IMG/VR virus record: IMGVR_UViG_3300033145_001721
Location: 1-64,000 of that record
Origin: a virus
Length of the DNA: 64,000 bases
Direction: 5' to 3' (one strand)
Below, piece after piece: positions 30,523-40,071 of the stretch (positions within the stretch are counted from its first letter, which is position 1; each line of letters begins with the position of its first letter). A program made the position numbers and the translations under genes. The notes under the pieces were generated by a model. It worked only from the letters and a program-made list of their open reading frames with translations, was not told where the DNA came from and did not search any database.

Positions 30523-31056
30523 TCATATCTTATCTTGTTCTAATGCCTCCAGCAGGATACAGCAGCGTGTACGTGACATATTCAACATAAAAGTAAGAAG
30601 CCCATTAGCCAGTGATTCAATATGTGTATCCCCTGGATGCGAATATGCACGGGCTATAATCCATAATGTCTCTTTATTAACCCGTCTCAATAGTTTATCT
30701 GCCAAATCGGCCCAGCTTCCATTCGCAGGGTTGGGGATAGAACATGGTGCATACATATCAACATTATCTTTATGGCATTTCTTACATTTCGTACATGTAG
30801 AAATGTCTGCGCCTTCACAAACAATTGTCACGTCAATATCATGCATCCAAACACTGTAAACCTCAGAACTGATTTTATCGTGAATAGATTCCAACACTTT
30901 GGATATTTCTATCCTAAGATCAATATCATTTAGGTCCGTGTACTGCTTAGGTATCATGGCCTGCTTCCGTTTCCGGTTCTCAACACAAACACGGTTGGCG
31001 TAATCAATCGTGTGTTGAGGTATGTCACCCCAAAAAGCTTTTTCTTGCTCATTCAT
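30523..31056 (-). CDS. hypothetical protein
   Basis: ORF 30523..31164; start likely MNEQEK after GAGG. Confidence 0.55.
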   Translation of the reverse strand: MNEQEKAFWGDIPQHTIDYANRVCVENRKRKQAMIPKQYTDLNDIDLRIEISKVLESIHDKISSEVYSVWMHDIDVTIVCEGADISTCTKCKKCHKDNVDMYAPCSIPNPANGSWADLADKLLRRVNKETLWIIARAYSHPGDTHIESLANGLLTFMLNMSRTRCCILLEALEQDKI

Positions 31057-31057
31057 T

Positions 31058-31219
31058 TCAACCTCGTAGATCCTGGCCACACAAAATACAATAATCCTTC
31101 TTGGATTGCACAAACTTACACTTGGGGCATGTAACTGTTTTCGTTTCTCCCTGGGGTTCAACATTAACTATCTCAATGCGCTTACGCTCCTTAGCTTTCT
31201 GTTTTGATATTTTACTCAT
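31058..31219 (-). CDS. 53-aa zinc-ribbon protein (not in ORF track)
   Basis: MSKISK..CPKCK..YCILCG; start overlaps the upstream stop. Confidence 0.6.
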   Translation of the reverse strand: MSKISKQKAKERKRIEIVNVEPQGETKTVTCPKCKFVQSKKDYCILCGQDLRG

Positions 31220-31883
31220 CGCGTAGTATTCCTATTTTGCTAAACCGTGCGAATTCATTTTCTACAACCAGCTTCACCCTATCTGCCCAACACAATTGGC
31301 TCCAAGACTCCATTCGCTCAACTATATCTACATTGCCGGTGTCAATGATCTTTAGATTAGAAATCTCAGCATCATTATTGACCTTTACAGAATCCAAATC
31401 AGAAACGCGCACCCAATACACCACACCCAGATGACGCTCACTCACTTCATTTGAATCGTCATTGATAATGCCCACAATATTCTGCATATAATTATAAGGC
31501 AATAAAAGTTCCTCATGCAATTCACGAATCACACAGGCATTCAATAAACCCAACAACGATTGTAGTTGATCTGTCGGATTTACATGCCCCCCAAAGCCAA
31601 TACTAATCTTTGCTTTCAACCTATCATCACACTGCTTACCCCGTGTATAAATCAAAAACCGAACACCATCGGTAACAATAACATACGGAATAATTTGTTT
31701 GACTGTGTCATCTTTCTCAGCTTCATCCCGCACCATGAATCGCATGTTACAAAGATGATATGTGTCAAGCTTCAATAAATTATGAACACACTTGCAACCT
31801 ACTACCAACCCAAGGGGTTGTACAACATGCTGACTCAAAGCTACACGATTTGCTACCAGTACTTGTTCTCCGTCAAAATTCAT
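31212..31883 (-). CDS. NUDIX-family phosphoesterase (COG4112-like)
   Basis: KQIIPY, YTRG, SIGFGGHVN, RELHEEL, INDD..VS..HLG, ESWS. Confidence 0.8.
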   Translation of the reverse strand: MNFDGEQVLVANRVALSQHVVQPLGLVVGCKCVHNLLKLDTYHLCNMRFMVRDEAEKDDTVKQIIPYVIVTDGVRFLIYTRGKQCDDRLKAKISIGFGGHVNPTDQLQSLLGLLNACVIRELHEELLLPYNYMQNIVGIINDDSNEVSERHLGVVYWVRVSDLDSVKVNNDAEISNLKIIDTGNVDIVERMESWSQLCWADRVKLVVENEFARFSKIGILRDE

Positions 31884-31926
31884 ATTTCTAACCCCATTCC
31901 TACATCACCTACATATTGTATTTTAC

Positions 31927-32175
31927 TCATTCCGAAGGTACAAGTTGAAAATGTTTATCAAAACTTTCTTTGGGACTCCACCACTCGTGTTTATCACCTA
32001 CAAAGTTGATCTTGTATCCAACGTCAGGATTATCACTAACAGATAAGCCTGATGTTGTCCAACCACGATACTCGATCCATTCACCCAATGTCATGGGCTC
32101 TGCTTCTACATAATTAAGTGATGCATATATCACTGCCATGAATCCCACTTTCTCTATTTCTTTGTAGTATACCAT
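31927..32175 (-). CDS. conserved phage hypothetical protein
   Basis: VEAEPMT..GY..WSPKESF pattern. Confidence 0.6.
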   Translation of the reverse strand: MVYYKEIEKVGFMAVIYASLNYVEAEPMTLGEWIEYRGWTTSGLSVSDNPDVGYKINFVGDKHEWWSPKESFDKHFQLVPSE

Positions 32176-32190
32176 AATCCCGCCTACATA

Positions 32191-32237
32191 AAAATAAAAG
32201 GGTTGGAGTGGTAAGCCATGTCCCCCAACCCTTTATT
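32191..32237 (-). terminator. intrinsic terminator
   Basis: Minus strand AAAGGGTTGGGG..CTCCAACCCTTT followed by a U-rich tract. Confidence 0.6.
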
Positions 32238-32534
32238 CACTTGCGTTACAAACTCGTCGTAAGATTGTTTATCTATATACTAGCATGGGGCTAGCCATAC
32301 GTGCTGGGTTTCTGGCACGTTCGCCACACAGTAGCTCTTATTATGTAGCACGCAGAGTCCATTGCAGTTTGAACTATGATTGCTATTGGGAATGTGAAAG
32401 TGCAAAGAAGTGATATAATGAAAATGCATCGGAACCAACATCGGTTCCCAACAACAAACATTTTGTGAAACCACATAAACATCTACTTTGTACTCTCCTA
32501 CTCATTACGGCAAAAACTCTGGACACCTATATTA

Positions 32535-32789
32535 TCACTTCATCTCTTTTAGTTGATCTATGAGACGCCTATCATTTTCACTTAAAGGCCTGTTCCTACT
32601 AAGCCAATCAATCATTATCCATTTCAATTGATTGATTTTAAGATTTGACATGTTGGGCTTGATTGCAATGAATCGTCGGATCCGCCTTCGATACAGAATA
32701 CAAATAACCCCTTGAATCACATACATCGAAAGTAGCGAAAAAGCTACCATAATCCAAATAATGGCGAAAAGGCTCGATATTTCGTACAT
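32535..32789 (-). CDS. small membrane protein
   Basis: N-terminal TM segment. Confidence 0.55.
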   Translation of the reverse strand: MYEISSLFAIIWIMVAFSLLSMYVIQGVICILYRRRIRRFIAIKPNMSNLKINQLKWIMIDWLSRNRPLSENDRRLIDQLKEMK

Positions 32790-32793
32790 TATA

Positions 32794-32979
32794 TTACCCC
32801 CTCATGTCCCGCGTCACTTGATGCAAAGTGTACCAAATCATCTTAAGCACATAACGTAAGACCTTAAACGCAACAATCCCAGCAAAAACCATACAAACCG
32901 GGATAAATACTAACATAGCCTTACCAAATACTTCAGTATAAAGTGGACTTTCAAGTATTAACTTGAACATATTCAACAT
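32794..32979 (-). CDS. small membrane protein
   Basis: GGAG RBS; one TM segment. Confidence 0.5.
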   Translation of the reverse strand: MLNMFKLILESPLYTEVFGKAMLVFIPVCMVFAGIVAFKVLRYVLKMIWYTLHQVTRDMRG

Positions 32980-32994
32980 CGCACTATCTCCTAT

Positions 32995-33345
32995 TCACTC
33001 ACACACATATCCCTGTGATACAGCCCACATTTCTGCCTCCACCAAATTCTGATACCTACCACGGCGCATTACCACGGCAGAATATGGAGCGACAAATGGT
33101 GTGTTTGGATCAATCAATATAACCTCTTTGCTTGCCTGTAGCACAATGGGCATCAATGGATCTGCCGACTCGCATCCACTGCTGATAATACTTATGAGCA
33201 GAAACAGCATTGCCATCACGCAAAGCTTTCGCATGCAAATCTCGCAAACCGCTAAATTGTTTATGCAACAAATCATATTTCTTCCTCCACTGTGCTTTAG
33301 CACCCCAACGATCCTGGTACAACGTCTGAAAGAATTTGATTGCAT
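32995..33345 (-). CDS. lipoprotein (o-spanin-like)
   Basis: MAMLFLLISIISSG-C lipobox; overlaps 33110..33382; true start probably internal. Confidence 0.5.
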   Translation of the reverse strand: MQSNSFRRCTRIVGVLKHSGGRNMICCINNLAVCEICMRKLCVMAMLFLLISIISSGCESADPLMPIVLQASKEVILIDPNTPFVAPYSAVVMRRGRYQNLVEAEMWAVSQGYVCE

Positions 33346-33382
33346 TACTAAACAAAGACACTATGGCCATTAAAGATTTCAT
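33110..33382 (-). CDS. hypothetical protein (possible i-spanin-like)
   Basis: Hydrophobic N-terminus; overlaps the lipoprotein gene. Confidence 0.35.
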   Translation of the reverse strand: MKSLMAIVSLFSNAIKFFQTLYQDRWGAKAQWRKKYDLLHKQFSGLRDLHAKALRDGNAVSAHKYYQQWMRVGRSIDAHCATGKQRGYID

Positions 33383-33855
33383 GTCATTCTCTCCACTCTC
33401 AAATCGCTAAGTAATCTACCCACCCATCCCCTCCATGTCTCCACATGCATCCAACCTATCATCTGAGACTCTGGTCCCAACTTCGATGTACACAAATCAA
33501 CAGGTAGGTACAAAGGTTCACATCCACATAAACGCATATACCCAATCAATTTGCCCTCATTAGTTCCACGCGTCCCATAAATTTTGTATATATCACTTAC
33601 CCATTTAATTTGTTTAGCATCTGAATCTCGCATCTCATCCCTTTCGTTCCTGCTCAGCTTTACGCTTCCATGCATCCCACAAAAACGGATCAATTACAAC
33701 TACTCGAATTTTGAATACAATTCCGAACATCCACAACAAATCCGACAAATCAAACAAAGACATTTCGGGGAATCTTCTCGCCAATTCAGCATAACCAATA
33801 GTCTGACTCGGAAATCCCGAAACTTCTAACCGCATATCCCAATCCATTTCAATCC

Positions 33856-34110
33856 CTAAATAACTGGTGTTTCTGGCTTCGGAGACGGCACAGGATGGCC
33901 TAAACGCTGGGCAGCCACATCTTGTATCAGCTGAGCTACAATGACTGCTATAGATAGCCCAAAGATCATCCATGATGGGGCATCCCCTTTGCTCAACATC
34001 CACATACCAAACAACGCTGCGGCAAATTTCTTTTTCATGATGTTTTGAACCGATGCAGAAATCGCACCATCGATCTTCGTTGCTGTTTCCATTTTGTTCT
34101 CCTTGATCAA
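33856..34110 (-). CDS. two-TM holin-like protein
   Basis: KKKFAAALFG.. plus a second TM; GGAG RBS. Confidence 0.5.
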   Translation of the reverse strand: MIKENKMETATKIDGAISASVQNIMKKKFAAALFGMWMLSKGDAPSWMIFGLSIAVIVAQLIQDVAAQRLGHPVPSPKPETPVI

Positions 34111-34119
34111 AATTAAACC

Positions 34120-34178
34120 AAAAGGGGAGTGGCTTTATATCTTCAATAGATGTAAATCAAAGATACTCTACCACTCCC
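34120..34178 (-). terminator. intrinsic terminator
   Basis: GGGAGTGG/CCACTCCC stem plus an inner G-U-containing stem, with UUUU on the minus strand. Confidence 0.6.
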
Positions 34179-34194
34179 AGAACAGGAGGGTGTT

Positions 34195-34779
34195 TTATTG
34201 GGAAACAAGAACATATCCACTACGCCCCAACACATATGTGCCTTCACGCTTCGCTAATTCCATCAAAGCCTTTTGCTTCATACGCATCCGCGCTGTAAAT
34301 GTCTGCAACGTAAGTACTGGGGGTTTGTTTGCTGTATGTACATGCACAATCCAAGTACCCACACGTGATTTCTGATCTGGATGGTCATCTGTGGCTATCA
34401 ACGTTATTGGAACTACTCCGGTTTCCTCACAATGATATACGATTGTATAGTCACCGTGCTCGTTCAACGGAATTGATTCACCACTGTCATAATAATACAA
34501 CGTAACTGTTTGTTGTGTATTCGGATCGCAAGCGCGTCCACAAATCACCAAATCCTGTCCAACATAAGCATCCCACACACCCAAATACAAATGTTGTCCC
34601 GACTCGGGATCAATGGGCACTAGATTTAGATCTACGTTCGCGGGTATATCCAAAAACACTTGTACACACATCGTATCATCATCTGCTTCATCCGCTATGC
34701 TTGGTGTTGTTACTGCCTGAATCCAAGGCAATACACCAAGCACAAGAACAAACACAAATCCAATTAGTCGATATTTCAT
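34195..34779 (-). CDS. secreted Ig-like/cadherin-like protein
   Basis: GAAAGGA RBS before MKYRL; signal peptide; ACDP, LIATDD, NKPPVL. The ORF track's 5' extension runs through non-coding hairpins. Confidence 0.55.
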   Translation of the reverse strand: MKYRLIGFVFVLVLGVLPWIQAVTTPSIADEADDDTMCVQVFLDIPANVDLNLVPIDPESGQHLYLGVWDAYVGQDLVICGRACDPNTQQTVTLYYYDSGESIPLNEHGDYTIVYHCEETGVVPITLIATDDHPDQKSRVGTWIVHVHTANKPPVLTLQTFTARMRMKQKALMELAKREGTYVLGRSGYVLVSQ

Positions 34780-34796
34780 ACATACCATCCTTTCAT

Positions 34797-35120
34797 AAAA
34801 GGACTGGGGGAACTTATCCGGAGACAAATGTACGAATTTGACAAGTCCCCCAATCCCAGAGCAGGAAGAAAAGATAAGTAAACTAAAATGAAACTGGTTG
34901 CCTAGAAGTAAATCACCAAAGCACAAAACCAAAATCACAAAAGGGTTCCCGTCCACCTCGGCAATATATGGGTGTGCTATGTTTCCCGCATCATCGACAA
35001 CCAGTTTCAAAGACTGAAATATTCATTTGTCAAATAAGGATGCTGAATTGCTAAACGAAAAGGCAACCATTCACAATCCATTCACAATAAACCATCCATG
35101 TGCAATTCAGCATCCCTTAT
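34797..35120 (-). ncRNA. candidate small-RNA array: three tandem long-loop hairpins
   Basis: Stems 35038-35051/35102-35115 (14 bp), 34889-34900/34998-35009 (12 bp), 34801-34818/34840-34856 (17 bp with G-U); each followed by a U-rich tract. Confidence 0.5.
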
Positions 35121-35126
35121 CTACCT

Positions 35127-35139
35127 ATATTATCGCATG
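35127..35139 (-). promoter_or_regulatory. putative phage promoter -10 motif CATGCGATAATAT
   Basis: Identical 13-mer at 59913-59925 (+); related copies upstream of several operons. Confidence 0.55.
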
Positions 35140-35149
35140 CCCATTATTG

Positions 35150-36265
35150 CTAAATCAATAACCCCTTGGAACCTACGCAATGAGGACTTAGAAACAAACA
35201 TTCCTTATGCCGATTTGTTTTACCACGTGTTTGCTTTGCGCCCGAAGTATTCCCATAACCACCCCCCGATTTCCAATGATGCGCACGCCAACCATACTGT
35301 AACAACTCCTTGTGTTCATCATAGTAACCAGCCAAAACAATACGATATTTCTTACGATTGCCCCGCTTCAAACACCATTGTTGTACATCATGTGCCACCT
35401 GTAAACTATCCTCAGCATAAATTCCCGCAGTACGATCAGCCACGTCACTATAAGGTGGATCAAAGAAAATACCTACAGGTATTCCAGACTTATGCTGCCA
35501 ATCACCACCACAAACACGTGACCAATCACCACAAACTACTCGAACGTTTCGCAGCCTTTCACTGAGTTCCCTAAACCAATCATAAATTGGCGTCTTGTAA
35601 GGTTCTTGCACACCCTCACCCCTAGCCAAATTTGGTATCGAACCTTTAGCATGTACACCCTCACCCCTAGCCAAATTTGGTATCGAACCTTTAGCATGTA
35701 CACCCTTACCAGCATTAGCCAAATTTGGTCTCTGACCTTTTGCATGTACACCCTTACCAGCATTAGCCAAATTTGGTCTCTGACCTTTTGCATGTACACC
35801 CTTACCAGCATTAGCCAAATTTGGTCTCTGACCGGGACATATCAAACCAGCCCCAATCCAACAAGAGGCTGCCCATATATAATATCCAGCCAGTTTAGGA
35901 TCGTAGTATTCGTCATCAGCACATAATCGCTCTAGCAACGTTTCAGTGTTAAGATTGAGCTTGCGTTTACGAGCAATCAAATCAGCATGATTAACAGGCC
36001 AATCACACCACTTAGCTACCTCATCGGGATTAGCTTGCAAGCTGCGCCATACGTTAGCAATATGACCATCCTTATCTACTACAGTTTCCACATGCTGTTG
36101 TGGATTCCAATGAGGCCTTGCCAATAATACAGCACACGATCCGCAAAAAGGTTCCAAGTAATGATTGACATTACCCAGAGCCTTCCAAACCCTAGAGGCC
36201 ACTGTGGCTTTACCACCAAAATACGAAAATGGGGCTTTCAAACATTTCGACATTTTACATCCCAA
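35150..36265 (-). CDS. D12-class N6-adenine DNA methyltransferase with internal repeats
   Basis: YFGGK, YLEPFCGS, FFDPPY. Confidence 0.85.
   Translation of the reverse strand: MGCKMSKCLKAPFSYFGGKATVASRVWKALGNVNHYLEPFCGSCAVLLARPHWNPQQHVETVVDKDGHIANVWRSLQANPDEVAKWCDWPVNHADLIARKRKLNLNTETLLERLCADDEYYDPKLAGYYIWAASCWIGAGLICPGQRPNLANAGKGVHAKGQRPNLANAGKGVHAKGQRPNLANAGKGVHAKGSIPNLARGEGVHAKGSIPNLARGEGVQEPYKTPIYDWFRELSERLRNVRVVCGDWSRVCGGDWQHKSGIPVGIFFDPPYSDVADRTAGIYAEDSLQVAHDVQQWCLKRGNRKKYRIVLAGYYDEHKELLQYGWRAHHWKSGGGYGNTSGAKQTRGKTNRHKECLFLSPHCVGSKGLLI
35606..35833 (-). repeat. coding tandem repeat 3x48 bp + 2x45 bp
   Basis: Encodes (GQRPNLANAGKGVHAK)3(GSIPNLARGEGV..)2. Confidence 0.9.
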
Positions 36266-36267
36266 AT

Positions 36268-36840
36268 CTACGGTTGTGATTGTTTACCTATTGGCTTCGT
36301 AACACCGAACAGCAATTTGATCTCGTCATCTATATTATCGCTGTTACTTTCCGGCAGATAATAATCCAACCATACTGTAGGCTGTGCAAACCAATCGGGG
36401 AAGAATCGCAGTTCCGTACTCGGCTTGAAAATCCAATTATGCTGATCGGTATCATAGAGCATAGACACACCACCGTAAAGCTTTGCTGGATATTGGGACA
36501 ATCCCCAATTGCCTGGAATGACTCTATCTACTACATCCCCAGCAACATCACCCATATTGAATTTGGTGTACAATCCTACTGCTACATCCTCATCCTCAAA
36601 ATCCGATCCTCCCACCACCTCAATACCAATGCTGCTGTTATTCGCATCCGCAATAACACCCAGAGCACCACGTGTTGCATTATCCCCGCCACCCAACTGC
36701 ATTTCATATCCATATTCTGTACATCCAGTAAACACAAACACAGATACAATCAGCAATACTACCAACAGAATGTTTCTATTGCGATTCATCGTTCTTACCC
36801 CTTTGTACATCACTAATGATTTTTGCTTTTTGTATGGCAC
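36268..36840 (-). CDS. lipoprotein / outer-membrane beta-barrel-like protein
   Basis: Signal peptide ..VFTG-C; alternating aromatic/Gly beta strands; start likely MNRNRN. Confidence 0.5.
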   Translation of the reverse strand: MPYKKQKSLVMYKGVRTMNRNRNILLVVLLIVSVFVFTGCTEYGYEMQLGGGDNATRGALGVIADANNSSIGIEVVGGSDFEDEDVAVGLYTKFNMGDVAGDVVDRVIPGNWGLSQYPAKLYGGVSMLYDTDQHNWIFKPSTELRFFPDWFAQPTVWLDYYLPESNSDNIDDEIKLLFGVTKPIGKQSQP

Positions 36841-36876
36841 TTATATTCAACCGATAATGTCATCGGATTATTTACA

Positions 36877-37116
36877 TCATTGTATTCTTGTCATCGTAAC
36901 AAAATCACCTTTTTGTTCTATCAGCTTCTTACCACAATGACGACATACAGTCATACGTCCTCTTGGATGTCCCATCCCTGGATTTTTATTCTCTGTCGCA
37001 ATCCAATAAGCCTTATTTTTACAACGCCAACGCTTAACCGGTCCAAAAGACATAAACGTTCCATTCGCCCGCAAACACTGACAACGTTTCAAATCGATTG
37101 GTGTTAACTTTTTCAT
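36877..37116 (-). CDS. Cys-rich hypothetical protein
   Basis: RCQC..RC..CRHC. Confidence 0.55.
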   Translation of the reverse strand: MKKLTPIDLKRCQCLRANGTFMSFGPVKRWRCKNKAYWIATENKNPGMGHPRGRMTVCRHCGKKLIEQKGDFVTMTRIQ

Positions 37117-37119
37117 CGT

Positions 37120-37416
37120 TCATTCTCCCACACATTTCATCTTTTGTACACTTTCACTTGGTTTCTTAGGTACAAACGTCTTGATGATATCAAGCACATC
37201 ATCACACAATAAAACATCAGCCGGACTGTAATATACTACAGTTATTGTTGGAGGCTCATCTGGTATAATTTCCAACGTTAGAGACTTCACATGCCCTGGA
37301 AAATGTTCTCGCAAAGCCCTACCTAATGCCGTATCACTATTCCACAAATCGCATCCTGATCCAAAATAACAAAGTGATTTGGATTTATCATCCTGATTGT
37401 TTGCTTGTGTTCCCAT
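37120..37416 (-). CDS. hypothetical protein
   Basis: AAGGAG RBS; in operon. Confidence 0.55.
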   Translation of the reverse strand: MGTQANNQDDKSKSLCYFGSGCDLWNSDTALGRALREHFPGHVKSLTLEIIPDEPPTITVVYYSPADVLLCDDVLDIIKTFVPKKPSESVQKMKCVGE

Positions 37417-37422
37417 TGTTAT

Positions 37423-37737
37423 TTACTCCTTTTCTTCTTTGTTATCTTTAGACCCCTTCTGTTTCTTCTGGTTTAGGTCAAACCAAAAAAACAAATCTTT
37501 CAATTGTTTCGTTTGGCCTGTTAATTCATCAGCCTCTGCTTTGATAGTTGCTAACGCAGCTTCCTCTCCTTCCATTTCTACATTATCGGCATAATAATAC
37601 AGAAAATCAAGCACCCTCTCAATCCTATCACAATAGCCGCCCACATCGAAGTCACTCATACCCGTTTCTAACCTCCTAACAGCCCATGTAACTGGCGATC
37701 TAGTACGAAGCCACGTTAGTGTACTCCCCCTAAACAA
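37423..37737 (-). CDS. hypothetical protein
   Basis: Likely start MSDFD after GGAGG. Confidence 0.5.
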   Translation of the reverse strand: MFRGSTLTWLRTRSPVTWAVRRLETGMSDFDVGGYCDRIERVLDFLYYYADNVEMEGEEAALATIKAEADELTGQTKQLKDLFFWFDLNQKKQKGSKDNKEEKE

Positions 37738-37963
37738 AATCCCTTAAACCACTTCCTCCAATGGGCAATTTTTCTCTTGGCTATTACCCTCACAGCAATC
37801 CCGATTATCCGGATAATTACAAAACGTCAACAACACATCACTTTCACTGGAATCCTCTTCTCCCTTCCAAACAAAAAACGGACAAATCGCCACACCCAAT
37901 TTCGTTTTACAAAACTCCATTTATGAATCATAATAAGGTTAAGATTTCTATGCTCTATTAATA

Positions 37964-38509
37964 TTATCGCACACCCGCAAACACTGACTGAAAACTAGAC
38001 ACAGCTTTATTTCGACGTAGATTGATTGTGCTTTCCGGCCGATCCAAATCCTCACCAATCTCACGATCACATTTGTATTCCATGTACCGCTTATGCAATA
38101 ACAACCAATCAGAAGGGTTGAAAAACCGCTTCCAAAATTCTAATTCATCCTGTAGTTCAAACATGTTTGGTTCTTCTGGCCCCGATATCATACTAACCAA
38201 TGTATTGTATTTACCATCCACTGCCATTTGACTAAATGGTATTTGGTACTTACGTGTTCCAATCTTTCTGGTTTTAGTAAGTGTCCGCACTTTTTCCAAC
38301 ATTGCATAATACATAACACTTTTAACATAAGTATCAAATGGACCTCGATCTTCATTCCATCGTTTGTGACACTTAACAGTAGCCATCAACGCTGCCCCCA
38401 CCAAATCTTCACGATCTATCCACAATCTGCTCGTGTTAAAACAATATGACAATTGCCGTGCTGCGTTCATCGCTTCTGTTGCTTGATGCTCCGTCATCTG
38501 TCCATCCAT
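37964..38509 (-). CDS. sigma-70/ECF-like sigma factor
   Basis: DREDLVGAALM..WNEDRGPFDTY (region 2); LL..RY..DREIGE.L (region 4 HTH). Confidence 0.7.
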   Translation of the reverse strand: MDGQMTEHQATEAMNAARQLSYCFNTSRLWIDREDLVGAALMATVKCHKRWNEDRGPFDTYVKSVMYYAMLEKVRTLTKTRKIGTRKYQIPFSQMAVDGKYNTLVSMISGPEEPNMFELQDELEFWKRFFNPSDWLLLHKRYMEYKCDREIGEDLDRPESTINLRRNKAVSSFQSVFAGVR

Positions 38510-38519
38510 GATTATCTCC

Positions 38520-38960
38520 TTATTCGTAAATGTGTGCTGCTTTTTCCTTGCGTATTAATTCCACCATCAACACGTACGACCAACCGTAACGATTGCATAT
38601 GCTTTTCAAATACTTACAAGACGGATACGAATCTCCCGACTTCCAATGACTCACACGCATATCATCGACACCCAACAATTTTGCTAGTCGTTTGCCTTCC
38701 CCATATCCCCCAGACGCTTTCATTGCTTCCCGCAATACTTCTACGAAAGTCTTTGGATTACTCGATTCTTGGCCTGTTGTAATCCATTGAATCAGTGACT
38801 CCATAGTATGCATCGGAATAGCATGCATAGTCAAATCTTGAATAGAAGTCGAATCGGGTACTAATATTTCAAACACGCGACCACATCGTCGCAAAGATAA
38901 TTTTGAAGATAGCTGAAACTCTTGATAAGCCATATTTATTCCGCAGGAATCCAAGCACAA
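38520..38960 (-). CDS. XRE-type HTH protein
   Basis: LAKLLGVDDMRVSHWKSGDSYP. Confidence 0.65.
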   Translation of the reverse strand: MCLDSCGINMAYQEFQLSSKLSLRRCGRVFEILVPDSTSIQDLTMHAIPMHTMESLIQWITTGQESSNPKTFVEVLREAMKASGGYGEGKRLAKLLGVDDMRVSHWKSGDSYPSCKYLKSICNRYGWSYVLMVELIRKEKAAHIYE

Positions 38961-39799
38961 CGTCCATTTGGATGGTGTGGTATCAATCCATGGGCGTCTT
39001 CAATTTTGTAAACTTCCCCCTCCTGATCCGCACAATATGGACACACACGATCATCACCTGCCGTTGACCATTCTACTTTTGCAGATACCTCTTTCACGCC
39101 CAACAAAGTAAAACTATCAAGCTGTCCCTCAGCATGAGCGTAAACAATCTCTGTCCGTGCAATGGTTGATGCGCGCCCACGCGAAAGCGTCTTAATGGAC
39201 TTTCGCATTTCCCTTGCCACTTTTCTTGCACCTTGTCCATGTGCTACACCATCAGCCAGAATCCGACCCAACTGATTTTTCATTGTGTCAGTCAAACCCT
39301 TCATATTCTCAAATGCTCGCTCGTACAGCATTTCGATTTTGCTAATCATTTCCGGCTGTAAAAAAGCACTCTTCAAAAACTGCTCCTGCGATCCACCATA
39401 CCAAGCAGGAGACACTACCAAGTCAGCTTTGTGTACATCCGTATACGAACGCATCATTCCTTTGTGATATGCTGAATCAACATATGTTGCTGTCCATGCC
39501 TTTTTACCCAACACAGCATCGGTTTCCAAAACACCAGCGTTCACCTGCTGAGTAAGCCACGTTCTGAATTGCTTAACCTTCTGCGGATTAGTCAGAAACT
39601 TGTATTGATGGCGTATAGCGTTTTGCTGCATTGATAATTGAAAAGGTTTTGTCTCTTCCAAACCGAACGCATCCATCGTCACAATTAAATTCCACAACTC
39701 CTTATCCAACCATCGCAACCGCCTACGTATATCTCGCACATAACGCATCCGCAATGAATAAGTGCGGGAAGGATCTATATTCAACCAATGTGCTGGCAT
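38936..39799 (-). CDS. head morphogenesis protein (SPP1 gp7/Mu gpF-like)
   Basis: RASTIARTE, W.TAGDDRVCPYC, PHHPNGRC. Confidence 0.9.
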   Translation of the reverse strand: MPAHWLNIDPSRTYSLRMRYVRDIRRRLRWLDKELWNLIVTMDAFGLEETKPFQLSMQQNAIRHQYKFLTNPQKVKQFRTWLTQQVNAGVLETDAVLGKKAWTATYVDSAYHKGMMRSYTDVHKADLVVSPAWYGGSQEQFLKSAFLQPEMISKIEMLYERAFENMKGLTDTMKNQLGRILADGVAHGQGARKVAREMRKSIKTLSRGRASTIARTEIVYAHAEGQLDSFTLLGVKEVSAKVEWSTAGDDRVCPYCADQEGEVYKIEDAHGLIPHHPNGRCAWIPAE

Positions 39800-40071
39800 C
39801 GTCTTCCTTCCTTACGGGGTTTCTCCAAAACCATCCATGGTGTTTTGTATGTATGGGCTTGGGGTGTTTGAAGGTATGATTCAATAGGTTGCTGCAAACA
39901 TCGCTCCAAATATTTACAACGCTTCCAATAATGCCCCATGCAATTGCCACCCCAACACCGCATCAATCCCAATCGTGCCGTACCTGAATCCAAAAACAAA
40001 AACTTCCAGCATCGCGTCAAATGTTTACGTTTCATACTTATCTCCAGCAAAAGCGATTCATATCCCTTATA

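Noticed and set aside
34889-35009. Known riboswitch or tRNA
   Set aside because: No recognisable consensus by eye; needs an Infernal search
34780-35010. N-terminal extension of the 271-aa ORF
   Set aside because: RBS and signal peptide point to a start at 34779; the extension crosses terminator-like hairpins
35606-35833. Possible CRISPR array
   Set aside because: Units are contiguous with no unique spacers and are in-frame coding
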